DNA of 20,757 nt from an uncultured virus (IMG/VR IMGVR_UViG_3300005673_000046) (Duplodnaviria > Heunggongvirae > Uroviricota > Caudoviricetes): the IMG/VR virus record IMGVR_UViG_3300005673_000046. The stretch is one strand, 5' to 3'. Of the stretch, positions 6,391 to 14,897 are shown in pieces (position 1 is the first letter of the stretch; each line of letters opens with the position of its first letter). Below the pieces are notes generated by a model, which did no database searches, was not told the origin of the DNA, and saw only the letters and a program-made list of their open reading frames with translations. The position numbers and the translations under genes were made by a program.

Positions 6391-7578
6391 ATGCCCCGGC
6401 CGCTGCCCCTCATCGCCCTGCTCGCCGCCACCATGCCGGTGGCCGCGGACGGCACCGCGCAGCTGCTGCCTGTGGGCGAATTCACGGCGCGTGACGGGCG
6501 GCCCGGCAACGGCCTGACCTGGAAGATCACCGATGCACAGGGGCGGCTGCTCGCCGAGCGGCTGAACCTGGTCGCGTCGCTGACGCCCATCGTCTACGAC
6601 TACGACCACGCGACGATGACGACGCGCGGCACCGGCAACCTGGCGCCCGCTGCAGGCTGGATCAAGAGCGTGAGCTGGGTCGAAGGCCAGGGCCTCATGG
6701 CCAAGGTCGAGTGGACCGAGCGCGCCAGGAAGCTGATCGAGGCCAAGGAATACCGCTACTCGAGCCCCGTCATCGAATACGACGAGGACACCGGCGAGGT
6801 CACCGGCGTGCTGATGGCCTCCCTCGTCAACTACCCCGCGCTGCTGGGCATGGACGCCGTGCAGGCGGCCCTGTCCGGGTTCGCTTCCTCGTCAACCAAG
6901 CCGCCCGGCCGCGAGGCCGGCACCCACGGAGACCCCGCCATGTCCAAGACCATCGCCCTTGCCGCGCTGCTGCCGCTGATCGGCCTGGGCGCCAGCGCCA
7001 CCGAAGACGAAGCCGTGGCCCGCGTCACCGCCCTGCAGGGCGAGCTCGAGCAGCTGCGCAAGCGCCCGCTGCTCACCGAGGCGCTGGCCACCGCGCTGGG
7101 CGTGGCGGCGACCGCCGACGAGGCCGCCGCGCTGAGCGCCGTGGCCACGCTCAAGACGGCCGCCGGCGGCGCCGGCGACGCGGTGCGGCAGCTCACGGCC
7201 CTGCAGGGCGAGCTCGCCACGCTGCAGGGCGAGCTGGCCCAGATGCGCACCGCGCAGGCCGAGACCGAGATCGCGCGCCTGGTCGACGACGCCATCGCCG
7301 CCGGCAAGTTCGCGAACGCGCAGCGCGACCAGCTGCTGGCCACCGGCCGCAAGGACCGCGCGCTGCTGCAGGGCCTGATCGCCAGCGCCGTGCCCATCGC
7401 GGCACTGGCCGGCACCAACCTGCAGGCCACCCGCGCCGCGGCCGCCGCGGCCGCCGGCGGCGCCGCCCCGCAGATGACGCCCGAGGCGCGCCAGATCGCC
7501 GCGCTGATGGGCATCACCGAGGCCGAGTACCTGAAGTTCAAGGCCGACCAGGCCAAGGCCCAGGGCGCCACCGCCTGA
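6391..7578 (+). CDS. Mu-like prohead protease (gpI) with C-terminal scaffold
   Basis: QLLPVGEFTARDGRP, YDYDHAT, APAAGWI, VEWTERA...EYRYSSPV, SLVNYPALLGM, followed by an Ala-rich helical region. Confidence 0.93.
   Translation: MPRPLPLIALLAATMPVAADGTAQLLPVGEFTARDGRPGNGLTWKITDAQGRLLAERLNLVASLTPIVYDYDHATMTTRGTGNLAPAAGWIKSVSWVEGQGLMAKVEWTERARKLIEAKEYRYSSPVIEYDEDTGEVTGVLMASLVNYPALLGMDAVQAALSGFASSSTKPPGREAGTHGDPAMSKTIALAALLPLIGLGASATEDEAVARVTALQGELEQLRKRPLLTEALATALGVAATADEAAALSAVATLKTAAGGAGDAVRQLTALQGELATLQGELAQMRTAQAETEIARLVDDAIAAGKFANAQRDQLLATGRKDRALLQGLIASAVPIAALAGTNLQATRAAAAAAAGGAAPQMTPEARQIAALMGITEAEYLKFKADQAKAQGATA
6940..7578 (+). CDS. Nested in-frame scaffolding protein (Mu gpZ analogue)
   Basis: Internal GGAG (6928-6931) and an in-frame ATG at 6940, right after the protease domain. 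Confidence 0.7.
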   Translation: MSKTIALAALLPLIGLGASATEDEAVARVTALQGELEQLRKRPLLTEALATALGVAATADEAAALSAVATLKTAAGGAGDAVRQLTALQGELATLQGELAQMRTAQAETEIARLVDDAIAAGKFANAQRDQLLATGRKDRALLQGLIASAVPIAALAGTNLQATRAAAAAAAGGAAPQMTPEARQIAALMGITEAEYLKFKADQAKAQGATA

Positions 7579-7623
7579 CCGGGCCGCGCCGACGCAACGC
7601 CAACCCCCGCACCGGAGCCTCAC

Positions 7624-8034
7624 ATGGCCGCCACCAAAGACATCAACACCCGCCAGGTCGCGGGCCTGCGCCGCGCCTTCCCGGTGGCGGCCAGCACCCT
7701 CATCCATGCCGGCACCATCGCCTGCCTCAACGCCAGCGGCCTGCTCACCAAGGGCGCCGTCAGCACCACGCTGAAGGCCGTGGGCGTGGCGCCCAGGCGC
7801 ATCGACAACGCCAGCGGTGCGGCCAGCGCCATCCGCGGCGAGGTCGAGACCGGCGTCTTCGGCCCCTTCAAGAACAGCGCCGCCGGCGACGAGATCGTGC
7901 TGGCCGACGTCAACGCCAACTGCTTCATCGTGGACGACGAGACGGTGGCCAAGACCAACGGCACCAACACCCGCAGCGTGGCCGGCGTCGTGTGGGACGT
8001 CACCGCCGAGGGCGTCTGGGTCAAGTTCAACTGA
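7624..8034 (+). CDS. Putative head decoration/cement protein
   Basis: 136 aa, beta-rich, between protease and capsid; CFIVDDETVAKT...RSVAG...GVWV. Confidence 0.75.
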   Translation: MAATKDINTRQVAGLRRAFPVAASTLIHAGTIACLNASGLLTKGAVSTTLKAVGVAPRRIDNASGAASAIRGEVETGVFGPFKNSAAGDEIVLADVNANCFIVDDETVAKTNGTNTRSVAGVVWDVTAEGVWVKFN

Positions 8035-8074
8035 CCGCCCGCACCCACACCCAGCACACCGACCGGAGAGCCCC

Positions 8075-8977
8075 ATGCTGATCAACTCCACCAACCTGCG
8101 CGAGCTGGACACCCAGGTGCAGCTCCTCTTCAACCGCGGGCTGCAGCGCACGGTGACGCCGTGGCAGAGCATCGCCCTGCAGTCCAGCAGCAACGCGGCG
8201 GAGAACCTGTACCCGCTGTTCAAGGAGCTGGGCGGCATCCGCGAGTGGCTGGGCGACCGCGTGGTCCAGAACGTGGAGCGCGATGGCTTCCGGCTGGTCA
8301 ACCGCGACTGGGAGGCCACCTGGGGCATCGACCGCAACCACATTCTGGACGACAGCTTCGGCACCCTGGCGCCGATGTTCGAGATGGCCGGCCAGGAGGT
8401 GGCCAGCTTCCCCAGCGAGAAGGCCTACGGCCTGCTGCGCGTCGGCCACGAGACGCTGGGCCCGGACGGCCAGTTCTTCTTCGACACCGACCACCCGCTG
8501 GCCAGCGGCGTGGGCAGCAACGACATGGGCGGCACCACGCTGCCCGTGGAGCAGGCCTGGTACCTCATCGACGAGAGCCGCGTGTTCAAGCCGGTGATCT
8601 ACCAGCTGCGCCAGTCCTTCAACCTGGTGCGCATGTTCAACCCGGACGACCACAACGTCTTCTTCCTCAAGAAGTACATCTGGGGCGTGGACGGCCGCGC
8701 GGCCTTCGGCTTCAGCCCCTTCTGGCAGCTGGCCATGCGCAGCCGCCAGGCGCTGGACGAGACCAACGTCAAGGCCGCGATGGTGGCCATGAACAAGCAG
8801 CGCAACCACCAGGGCAAGCCCATCGGCGCGTCCGCGACCACCATCGTGGTGCACCCCGAGCAGGGCGAGCTGGCGCGCGACCTGTTCAGCCGCGAGCTCA
8901 TCGCCAGCGGCGGCGCGGGCGTGACCAACACCCTGCGCAACCGCCTGCGCGTGGTGGTGGCGCACGAGCTGCTGTGA
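8075..8977 (+). CDS. Mu-like major capsid protein (gpT family)
   Basis: GGAG RBS; IREWLGDR, NRDWEATWGIDRNHILDD, DGQFFFDTDHP, WYLID...KPVIYQ, GVDGRAAFGFSPFWQLA. Confidence 0.93.
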   Translation: MLINSTNLRELDTQVQLLFNRGLQRTVTPWQSIALQSSSNAAENLYPLFKELGGIREWLGDRVVQNVERDGFRLVNRDWEATWGIDRNHILDDSFGTLAPMFEMAGQEVASFPSEKAYGLLRVGHETLGPDGQFFFDTDHPLASGVGSNDMGGTTLPVEQAWYLIDESRVFKPVIYQLRQSFNLVRMFNPDDHNVFFLKKYIWGVDGRAAFGFSPFWQLAMRSRQALDETNVKAAMVAMNKQRNHQGKPIGASATTIVVHPEQGELARDLFSRELIASGGAGVTNTLRNRLRVVVAHELL

Positions 8978-9007
8978 CCCGCCGCTGAACCCCGAGGAGA
9001 CCTGAAC

Positions 9008-9229
9008 ATGGCCAAGAACCCGCAGACCCCCTCCGGCAAGGCTGCAGCGCTGCGCGTGGTGAGCAAGAGCCCGATGGGCGCCTTCCGCCGCGCGGGCTAC
9101 ACCTTCACCGCCGAGCCCACGGTCATCCCGCTGGCCGAGCTGAGCGCCGAGCAGGTGCGGGCCATCAGGGCGACGGCGCTGCTGGACGTGACCGAGACCG
9201 AGATCGAGCCGGCCAAGGCCGAGGGCTGA
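9008..9229 (+). CDS. HI1506-like Mu head-associated small protein
   Basis: GAGGAG RBS; FRRAGYTFT...LSAEQVRAI...LLDV; immediately after the capsid gene. Confidence 0.75.
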   Translation: MAKNPQTPSGKAAALRVVSKSPMGAFRRAGYTFTAEPTVIPLAELSAEQVRAIRATALLDVTETEIEPAKAEG

Positions 9230-9339
9230 CCGCACAACCCACGCGGAAGGCAGGGGCCCGCAAGGGCCCGTGAGTGTCCCCGCCGGCCAGGTGCCGGCGG
9301 GGCTCTCCGAAGAGCCAACGCACCCACCGCCACCCCACC

Positions 9340-9771
9340 ATGAGCGCCACGCCCTACACCGAGCCGCAGGCGCTCGTCGACGCCTTCGGCGAAGCCGAGC
9401 TGGTGGAGCTGACCGACCGCGCCACCCCGCGCGCGAACGAGGTGGACTTCGTGGTGGCCCAGCAGGCGTGCGACCGCGCCACCGCGGAGATCAACGCCGC
9501 GCTGGCCGGCCGCTACAGCCTGCCGCTGCAGACGGTGCCCGAGCTGCTGCGCTACCTGGCGCTGGACCTGGCGCGCTTCTACCTCTACGACCGCGAGCCG
9601 CCGAAGATCGTGCAGGCGCGCTTCGACGCGGCGCGCGAGACGCTGCGCGAGCTGGGCACCGGGCGCAAGCACCTGGGCGCGGACGCGGCCGGCACCAGCG
9701 TGGCCGAGCGCCCGCAGGACCTGGCCGTGCTGAACGCCGGCGCGAAGGACTTCGCACGGGGGGCCTGGTGA
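9340..9771 (+). CDS. Mu gp36-like head-tail adaptor (DUF1320)
   Basis: FGEAELVELTDR...ATAEINAALAGRYSLPL..VPELL...DLARFYLY. Confidence 0.9.
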   Translation: MSATPYTEPQALVDAFGEAELVELTDRATPRANEVDFVVAQQACDRATAEINAALAGRYSLPLQTVPELLRYLALDLARFYLYDREPPKIVQARFDAARETLRELGTGRKHLGADAAGTSVAERPQDLAVLNAGAKDFARGAW

Positions 9772-10226
9772 CGTGGAGCACCGACGCGCTGTGGCTGGGC
9801 CCGGCGATCGCCGCGCGGCTGCGCGAACAGCTGCCGGCGCTGCGCACGGCCGAGGTGATGGACGACCTGACCCCGGACGCCTACCCGAAGCAGCTGCCCG
9901 CCGCGGTGGCCATGCTGCAGGACCTGCGCCCGCAGGGCAGCGACGGCCGGGTGAGCACGGCCCTGGTGGAGGCCGACTGGCTGGCCGTGCTGGTGGTGGA
10001 CAGCCGCCGCGCGGACCGCGACGCGCAGCGCGCGGCCGCCGGCCCGCTGATCAGCCAGGCGGTGCGCGCGCTGCACGGCTGGACGCCGCCCGGCTGCGCG
10101 CGGCCCATGAGCTGGGTGCCCGGCGCGCCGCGGCCCTACTTCACGCGCAACTTCACGGCCTACCCGCTGCTGCTGCGCACCGCCTTCACCACGCGCAGCG
10201 AGCCCGGCCTTCCCGCGCTGACCTGA
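9768..10226 (+). CDS. Mu gp37-like tail terminator/completion protein
   Basis: GTGA overlap; IAARLREQLP...WLAVLVV...AGPLISQAVRALHGWTP...AYPL; synteny. Confidence 0.8.
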   Translation: MTWSTDALWLGPAIAARLREQLPALRTAEVMDDLTPDAYPKQLPAAVAMLQDLRPQGSDGRVSTALVEADWLAVLVVDSRRADRDAQRAAAGPLISQAVRALHGWTPPGCARPMSWVPGAPRPYFTRNFTAYPLLLRTAFTTRSEPGLPALT

Positions 10227-10256
10227 CCTGAAACCTTCTTTCGCACGGAGCAACCC

Positions 10257-11015
10257 ATGAGCGAAGTCGTCACCAAGAGCTATGTCGGCATCGGCCGCGT
10301 GTGGGTGCGCCCCTTCGGCGTGACCGTGCCTTCCGTGCCGGCGCGCCGGCACGTGGGCAACGTGAGCGGGCTGGTGCTGCGCCACACCCTGGACATCCAG
10401 CGCCAGCCGGACTTCACCCGCCCGGGCGGCGGCACGGCCATCCGCCGCGAGCGGATCGAGGCGGTGGAGGCCAGCATGACCTGGCTGCACTTCAGCCCCG
10501 AGAACTGGGCCGTGGCGATGGCCGCCACGCTGCACGACGTGGCCGCCGGCACTGGCGTGGTGGAGGTGGTGAAGGCGCACCGGGGCAGCATCAGCGAGCT
10601 GGCGAACCTGCCCACCAGCATCACCAGCGTGACCGACGGCGCCACGCCCACGCCGGTGACCTTCACCGCGGGCGACGACTACGAGCTCAGCGCGGCGGGC
10701 GTCTACATCCCGACCGGCAGCGCCATCCCGGACGGCAGCGACATCACCGTCACGTACAGCCACGCCGCGCAGAAGCGGCTGGAGGGCAGCATGGGCACGG
10801 CCACGGTGCTGGACGTGCTGTTCGAGGGCCTGAACGACGCCGACACGCAGAAGCCCGTGGTGCTGAACCTGTGGCGCATGAGCGTGCCGCCGGCCGAAGA
10901 GCTGAACCTGATCGGCCTGGAACTGGGCGAGATGCAGCTCAGCGCCGAGCTGCTGAAGGACCCCAGCAAGGGCGCGAACGTGAGCGCGTTCTACCGCGCC
11001 CGCATGCTGCCCTGA
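10257..11015 (+). CDS. Major tail tube protein (non-contractile tail)
   Basis: GGAG RBS; SYVGIGRVW...VGNVSGL...LFEGLNDA; lies between the gp37-like gene and the tape measure gene; no sheath gene present. Confidence 0.8.
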   Translation: MSEVVTKSYVGIGRVWVRPFGVTVPSVPARRHVGNVSGLVLRHTLDIQRQPDFTRPGGGTAIRRERIEAVEASMTWLHFSPENWAVAMAATLHDVAAGTGVVEVVKAHRGSISELANLPTSITSVTDGATPTPVTFTAGDDYELSAAGVYIPTGSAIPDGSDITVTYSHAAQKRLEGSMGTATVLDVLFEGLNDADTQKPVVLNLWRMSVPPAEELNLIGLELGEMQLSAELLKDPSKGANVSAFYRARMLP

Positions 11016-11053
11016 CGCGCGCCGCCGCGCGCGCATAGCCTCCCGCACTGCTC

Positions 11054-14000
11054 ATGGCCACCGGCGGCGTGCGGGAGGTTGGCGTCCGCATCAAGGTCGG
11101 TGCCACCGGCCTGGAGGAAGCCACCAGGCTAAGCCGGAGCCTGAAGGACCTGGGCGTCGACGCCGAGGCGCTGGACAAGCGCGCCGGCGAGCTCTCGGCG
11201 GAACTGACCAGGCTGGGCCAGCAGCAGGCGCTGATCGACGGCTTCAAGCGCAAGAAGGCGGCCACCGAGGAGGCCGCCAAGGCGCTGCAGCAGGCGCAGG
11301 AAGCCGCCCAGAAGCTGGGCCGCGAGTTCGGGGCCACCGAGGAGCCCACCAAGCGCCAGGAGCAGGCCCTGGCCAGGGCGCGCGCCGAGGTCACGAAGGC
11401 CAAGACGGCCTACCAGGAAAGCGGACTGGCGCTGCAGACGGCCAGAAAGGGGCTTTCCGACGCCGGCATCGGCAGCGACGAGCTGGCGGCCGCACAGGTG
11501 CGGGTGCGCAAGCAGACGACCGAGACGCAGCAGGCCGTCGCCGAGCTGACCAACCGCTACCGCGCCGCGGAGGGCCAGGCCAAGCTCAGCGCGCAGCAGC
11601 AGGCGCAGCTGGCCCGCGCCACAACCGAGGCAGGCAGCGCCAGCACGCGCGCTGCGAACGAGCAGGCGGCCGCCGGCCAGAAGGTGGCCGGCAGCCTGGA
11701 GGGTGTGCAGCAGCGCCTGAGCGCCATCGGCAAGCTGGCGGTGGGCGGCGTGCTGGGTGCGGGCAGTCTGAATTTCCTGCGCGGCGTCACGGCCACCGCC
11801 GACGCCTTCAACAACCTGCGCGCGCGCATGCAGCTCGTCACCGGCGAGGGGCCGGCGCTGGATGCGGCACTGCTGTCGGTGCAGGAGATCGCGCTGCGCA
11901 CGGGTGCGAGCCTGGAGAACACGGGTACCCTGTTCACGCGCGTGCTCTCCGCCGGCCGCGAGATGGGCCTGGCGCAGGCCGACGCGCTGCGCCTGACCGA
12001 GAGCATCAATCAGGCGGTGGCCATCAGCGGCGCCAGCGCGGCCGCCTCCGACGCGGCCATCACGCAGCTGATCCAGGGCCTGCAGAGCGGTGTGCTGCGG
12101 GGCGAGGAGTTCAACAGCGTCGTCGAGCAGAGCCCGCGGCTCGCGCAGGCGCTGGCCGACGGCATGGGCGTGGCGCGCAGCGAGCTGCGCGGCCTGGCCC
12201 AGGACGGGAAGATCAGCGCCGAGACCGTGATCCAGGCGCTGCAGTCGCAGGCCGACGTGCTGGAGCGCGAGTTCGGCCAGCTGCCGCAGACCGTGGGCCG
12301 CGCGGTGGAGAACCTGAACACCGCCTGGTCGGTGTTCGTGGGCAACCTGGACCGCACGACCGGCTTCACCTCGGCGGTGGCCAGCGGCATAGGCTTCATC
12401 GCCGACAACCTGGACGAGCTGGCGGCGGTGGCCGGCCGTGCCGGCGCCGTGATCGTGGCGGCGCTGGCCGTCAAGGCGGCCGGGGCCCTGCGCGACCTGG
12501 CCACCCAGGCGCTGGCCAGCGCGAGCAGCTTCGGCGTGCTGCTGACCAGCATCGAGAAGATCCCGCGCACGGTGAACATCGCGATCGCGGTGACGGGCTT
12601 CGAGGTCGGCTTCCAGATCGGCCAGATGCTGCGGGAGAACAGCGCGCTGGCCAGGCAGCTGGGCGTGGCGGTGACGGAGTTCTTCACCAACATCGTCCGC
12701 GACCTGCAGTTCGTGGTGGAGGCCGGCCGGGCCATCTTCACCGACGACACCATCGGGGCCGCGTTCGAGCGGCTCAAGCAGCGCGCGGCGGAGCAGCAGG
12801 CCATCTTCGCGGACCTGTACGCCGACGCCCGCCGGGCGCCGCAGGCGGTGGCGCAGGCGGCCGCCGGCGCCGAGCAGAGCCTGGGTGCGCTGGGCGCCCA
12901 GGCCCAGGGCGTGGGCCTGCAGCTCGGCCGGGCCGGCGCTGCCGGTGCCGCCGGAGTGCAGCAGCTTGGCCAGGCGGCCGACACCGCGGCCGGCGCGCTG
13001 GCGGCGCTGGTCGCCGGCGCCACGGCGGCGCTGCCCAAGGTGGGCGAGACGGCTGCGGCGCAGGCCCGCGAGCTGGCCAGGCTGGCGGAGGGAAGCGAGG
13101 AAGTGCGCCGCCGGCTGGCGGACGGCATCCCGGCGGCGCTGGAGAAGCTCAACGGCACCCAGCTCGTGGAGTTCCGCGCGGAACTCGAGCGCGCGCTGCA
13201 GGGGTCCGCAAAGGGCGCGGAGGTGCTGCAGGCCGCCTTGCAGGAGGTGGGTCGTCGCGCCGCGCAGGCGCTGGGCGTGGATCTGGCAGGAGCCAGCGCC
13301 ACGGTGACCCGGCAGTTCGCGCAGCAGATGGATGCGCTGTCAGCGCTGATACGGGCCCTGCCCGTGCTCGAGCGCACCGGCGTCGACACCGCCCGCGTGG
13401 TGGCCGACGCGCTGGCCAAGATGGTGGACGGCGCCAGGAGCCAGGCCGAGCTGGACGCACTGCGCACGCGCATCGAGGCGCTGGGCAAGGCCGGAGAGCT
13501 GAGCCGCGAGCAGGTCGTGCGGCTCATGGACACCATCACCGCCAAGGCGGCCGAGGCGGCCAGCAGCGTGAGCCTCATCGACGAGGCGCTCAAGACATTC
13601 GGCATCACGACCCAGGCCGAGCTGAAGAAGACGGCCGACAACTTCAAGCAGGCCTGGGACCGCATCCGGGAGAACTCCACCGTCACGCTGGACCAGAAGC
13701 GCCAGGCCTTCGTGCAGTACGCGAACGCCGCGATCGCGGCCAACGGCGGCGTGATCGACAGCCAGATCCGCAGCCAGGCGCAGGCCTTCAAGCTGGCCGT
13801 GGAGGTGGACAAGACCGGCAAGGCGGTCGTCAGGGCGATGGGCGAGGGCGCCTTGGCCAGCGACCAGCTGAGCGGGGGCTTTCGCACCGCGGCCGAACAG
13901 GCACGCAAGCTGGGGGCCGAGGTGGCGACCCTTACAAGCCAGGTTGGCAACCTCACCGCTGGCTGGGAAAAGGCCCTGCGCGCGCGCAACGCCGCCGTGC

Positions 14001-14488
14001 AGAGCACGCTCACCTGGGAAGGCCGCGACGCCGCCGGCAACCTGGACCGCACCTTCGTGGGCAGTAGCGNNNNNNNNNCCTTCACTCCGCCCCCGGACAA
14101 CAGCGGCGACTGGGTGTGGATGGCCACCGCCGCCAGGCCGGGCGGCGAGTGGGTGCTGACGCCGGAGGCGAGCGCGCGGCGGTTTGCCGACCAGGAGCAG
14201 GCGCGCGGCCTGGTGCCGGTGCGCGACCCGTCAGGCTCCGTGCGCTATGTGCAGCCCAGCGGTGCACCTTCCACCGGCGCACCGTCGGCGGCCGCACCGG
14301 CCTCTGCGCCCGTGCCTGCCCCTGCGCCTGCACCGCAGCCCAGTGCAGCGCCGGCGCCGACGAGCGTGGTGGAGATCCGCTTCACGCGCGGCGACGGCAG
14401 CTACGTGCCAGCGGTCGTGAGTTCGCAGCAGGCGGCCGACGAGCTGGCCGCGCTGTTGCGCGAAGAGATGGAGCGCCGGGGCGGATGA
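11054..14488 (+). CDS. Tail tape measure protein (contains a 9-N gap at 14070-14078)
   Basis: 1144 aa, Ala/Gln-rich helical; motif AAITQLIQGLQSGVLRGEEFNSVVEQSPRLAQALADG. Confidence 0.95.
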   Translation: MATGGVREVGVRIKVGATGLEEATRLSRSLKDLGVDAEALDKRAGELSAELTRLGQQQALIDGFKRKKAATEEAAKALQQAQEAAQKLGREFGATEEPTKRQEQALARARAEVTKAKTAYQESGLALQTARKGLSDAGIGSDELAAAQVRVRKQTTETQQAVAELTNRYRAAEGQAKLSAQQQAQLARATTEAGSASTRAANEQAAAGQKVAGSLEGVQQRLSAIGKLAVGGVLGAGSLNFLRGVTATADAFNNLRARMQLVTGEGPALDAALLSVQEIALRTGASLENTGTLFTRVLSAGREMGLAQADALRLTESINQAVAISGASAAASDAAITQLIQGLQSGVLRGEEFNSVVEQSPRLAQALADGMGVARSELRGLAQDGKISAETVIQALQSQADVLEREFGQLPQTVGRAVENLNTAWSVFVGNLDRTTGFTSAVASGIGFIADNLDELAAVAGRAGAVIVAALAVKAAGALRDLATQALASASSFGVLLTSIEKIPRTVNIAIAVTGFEVGFQIGQMLRENSALARQLGVAVTEFFTNIVRDLQFVVEAGRAIFTDDTIGAAFERLKQRAAEQQAIFADLYADARRAPQAVAQAAAGAEQSLGALGAQAQGVGLQLGRAGAAGAAGVQQLGQAADTAAGALAALVAGATAALPKVGETAAAQARELARLAEGSEEVRRRLADGIPAALEKLNGTQLVEFRAELERALQGSAKGAEVLQAALQEVGRRAAQALGVDLAGASATVTRQFAQQMDALSALIRALPVLERTGVDTARVVADALAKMVDGARSQAELDALRTRIEALGKAGELSREQVVRLMDTITAKAAEAASSVSLIDEALKTFGITTQAELKKTADNFKQAWDRIRENSTVTLDQKRQAFVQYANAAIAANGGVIDSQIRSQAQAFKLAVEVDKTGKAVVRAMGEGALASDQLSGGFRTAAEQARKLGAEVATLTSQVGNLTAGWEKALRARNAAVQSTLTWEGRDAAGNLDRTFVGSSXXXXFTPPPDNSGDWVWMATAARPGGEWVLTPEASARRFADQEQARGLVPVRDPSGSVRYVQPSGAPSTGAPSAAAPASAPVPAPAPAPQPSAAPAPTSVVEIRFTRGDGSYVPAVVSSQQAADELAALLREEMERRGG

Positions 14489-14874
14489 GCACGACCACCA
14501 TCACCGTCGGCGCCACCGTGCTGACCCTGGACCACCCGCTGCTGTGGGAGGACGAATTCGGCTGGGAGCCCGTGGTCCAGACGCGCCGCACCACGGTGAC
14601 CGGCGCGCAGAACGTTCAGGCGCAGGCGATGCTGGCCGGCCGGCCGGTGACGCTGGCCAGCGGCGGCTGGGTGCGCCGCAGCCAGCTGCTGCAGCTGCAG
14701 GCCTGGCGCGAGCAGCCCGGCCTGGTGCTGCAGGTGAGCCCGCGCGGCGGCACGCCGATGTCGGTGACGTGGGACACCAAGGGCGGCGCGCTGCAGGCCG
14801 ACATGGTGCAGCCCTGGGCCTTCCCTGAAGACGGCGAGCTGTACCGCGTGCGGCTGCGCTTCTTCACCGTCTGA
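14485..14874 (+). CDS. Putative distal tail/tail tip protein
   Basis: ATGA overlap; LLWEDEFGWEPV.Q...TGA...AGRPVTL; first gene after the tape measure gene. Confidence 0.75.
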   Translation: MSTTTITVGATVLTLDHPLLWEDEFGWEPVVQTRRTTVTGAQNVQAQAMLAGRPVTLASGGWVRRSQLLQLQAWREQPGLVLQVSPRGGTPMSVTWDTKGGALQADMVQPWAFPEDGELYRVRLRFFTV

Positions 14875-14897
14875 CCACCAAAGACTAGACCACTGCC

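Noticed and set aside
7030..7236. Repeated CTGCAGGGCGAGCT segments
   Set aside because: They encode LQGEL coiled-coil heptads of the scaffold; ordinary coding repeats.
14070..14078. N run near the tape measure 3' end as a biological break
   Set aside because: Assembly ambiguity. The frame continues and ends coupled to the next gene, although the true gap length is unverified.
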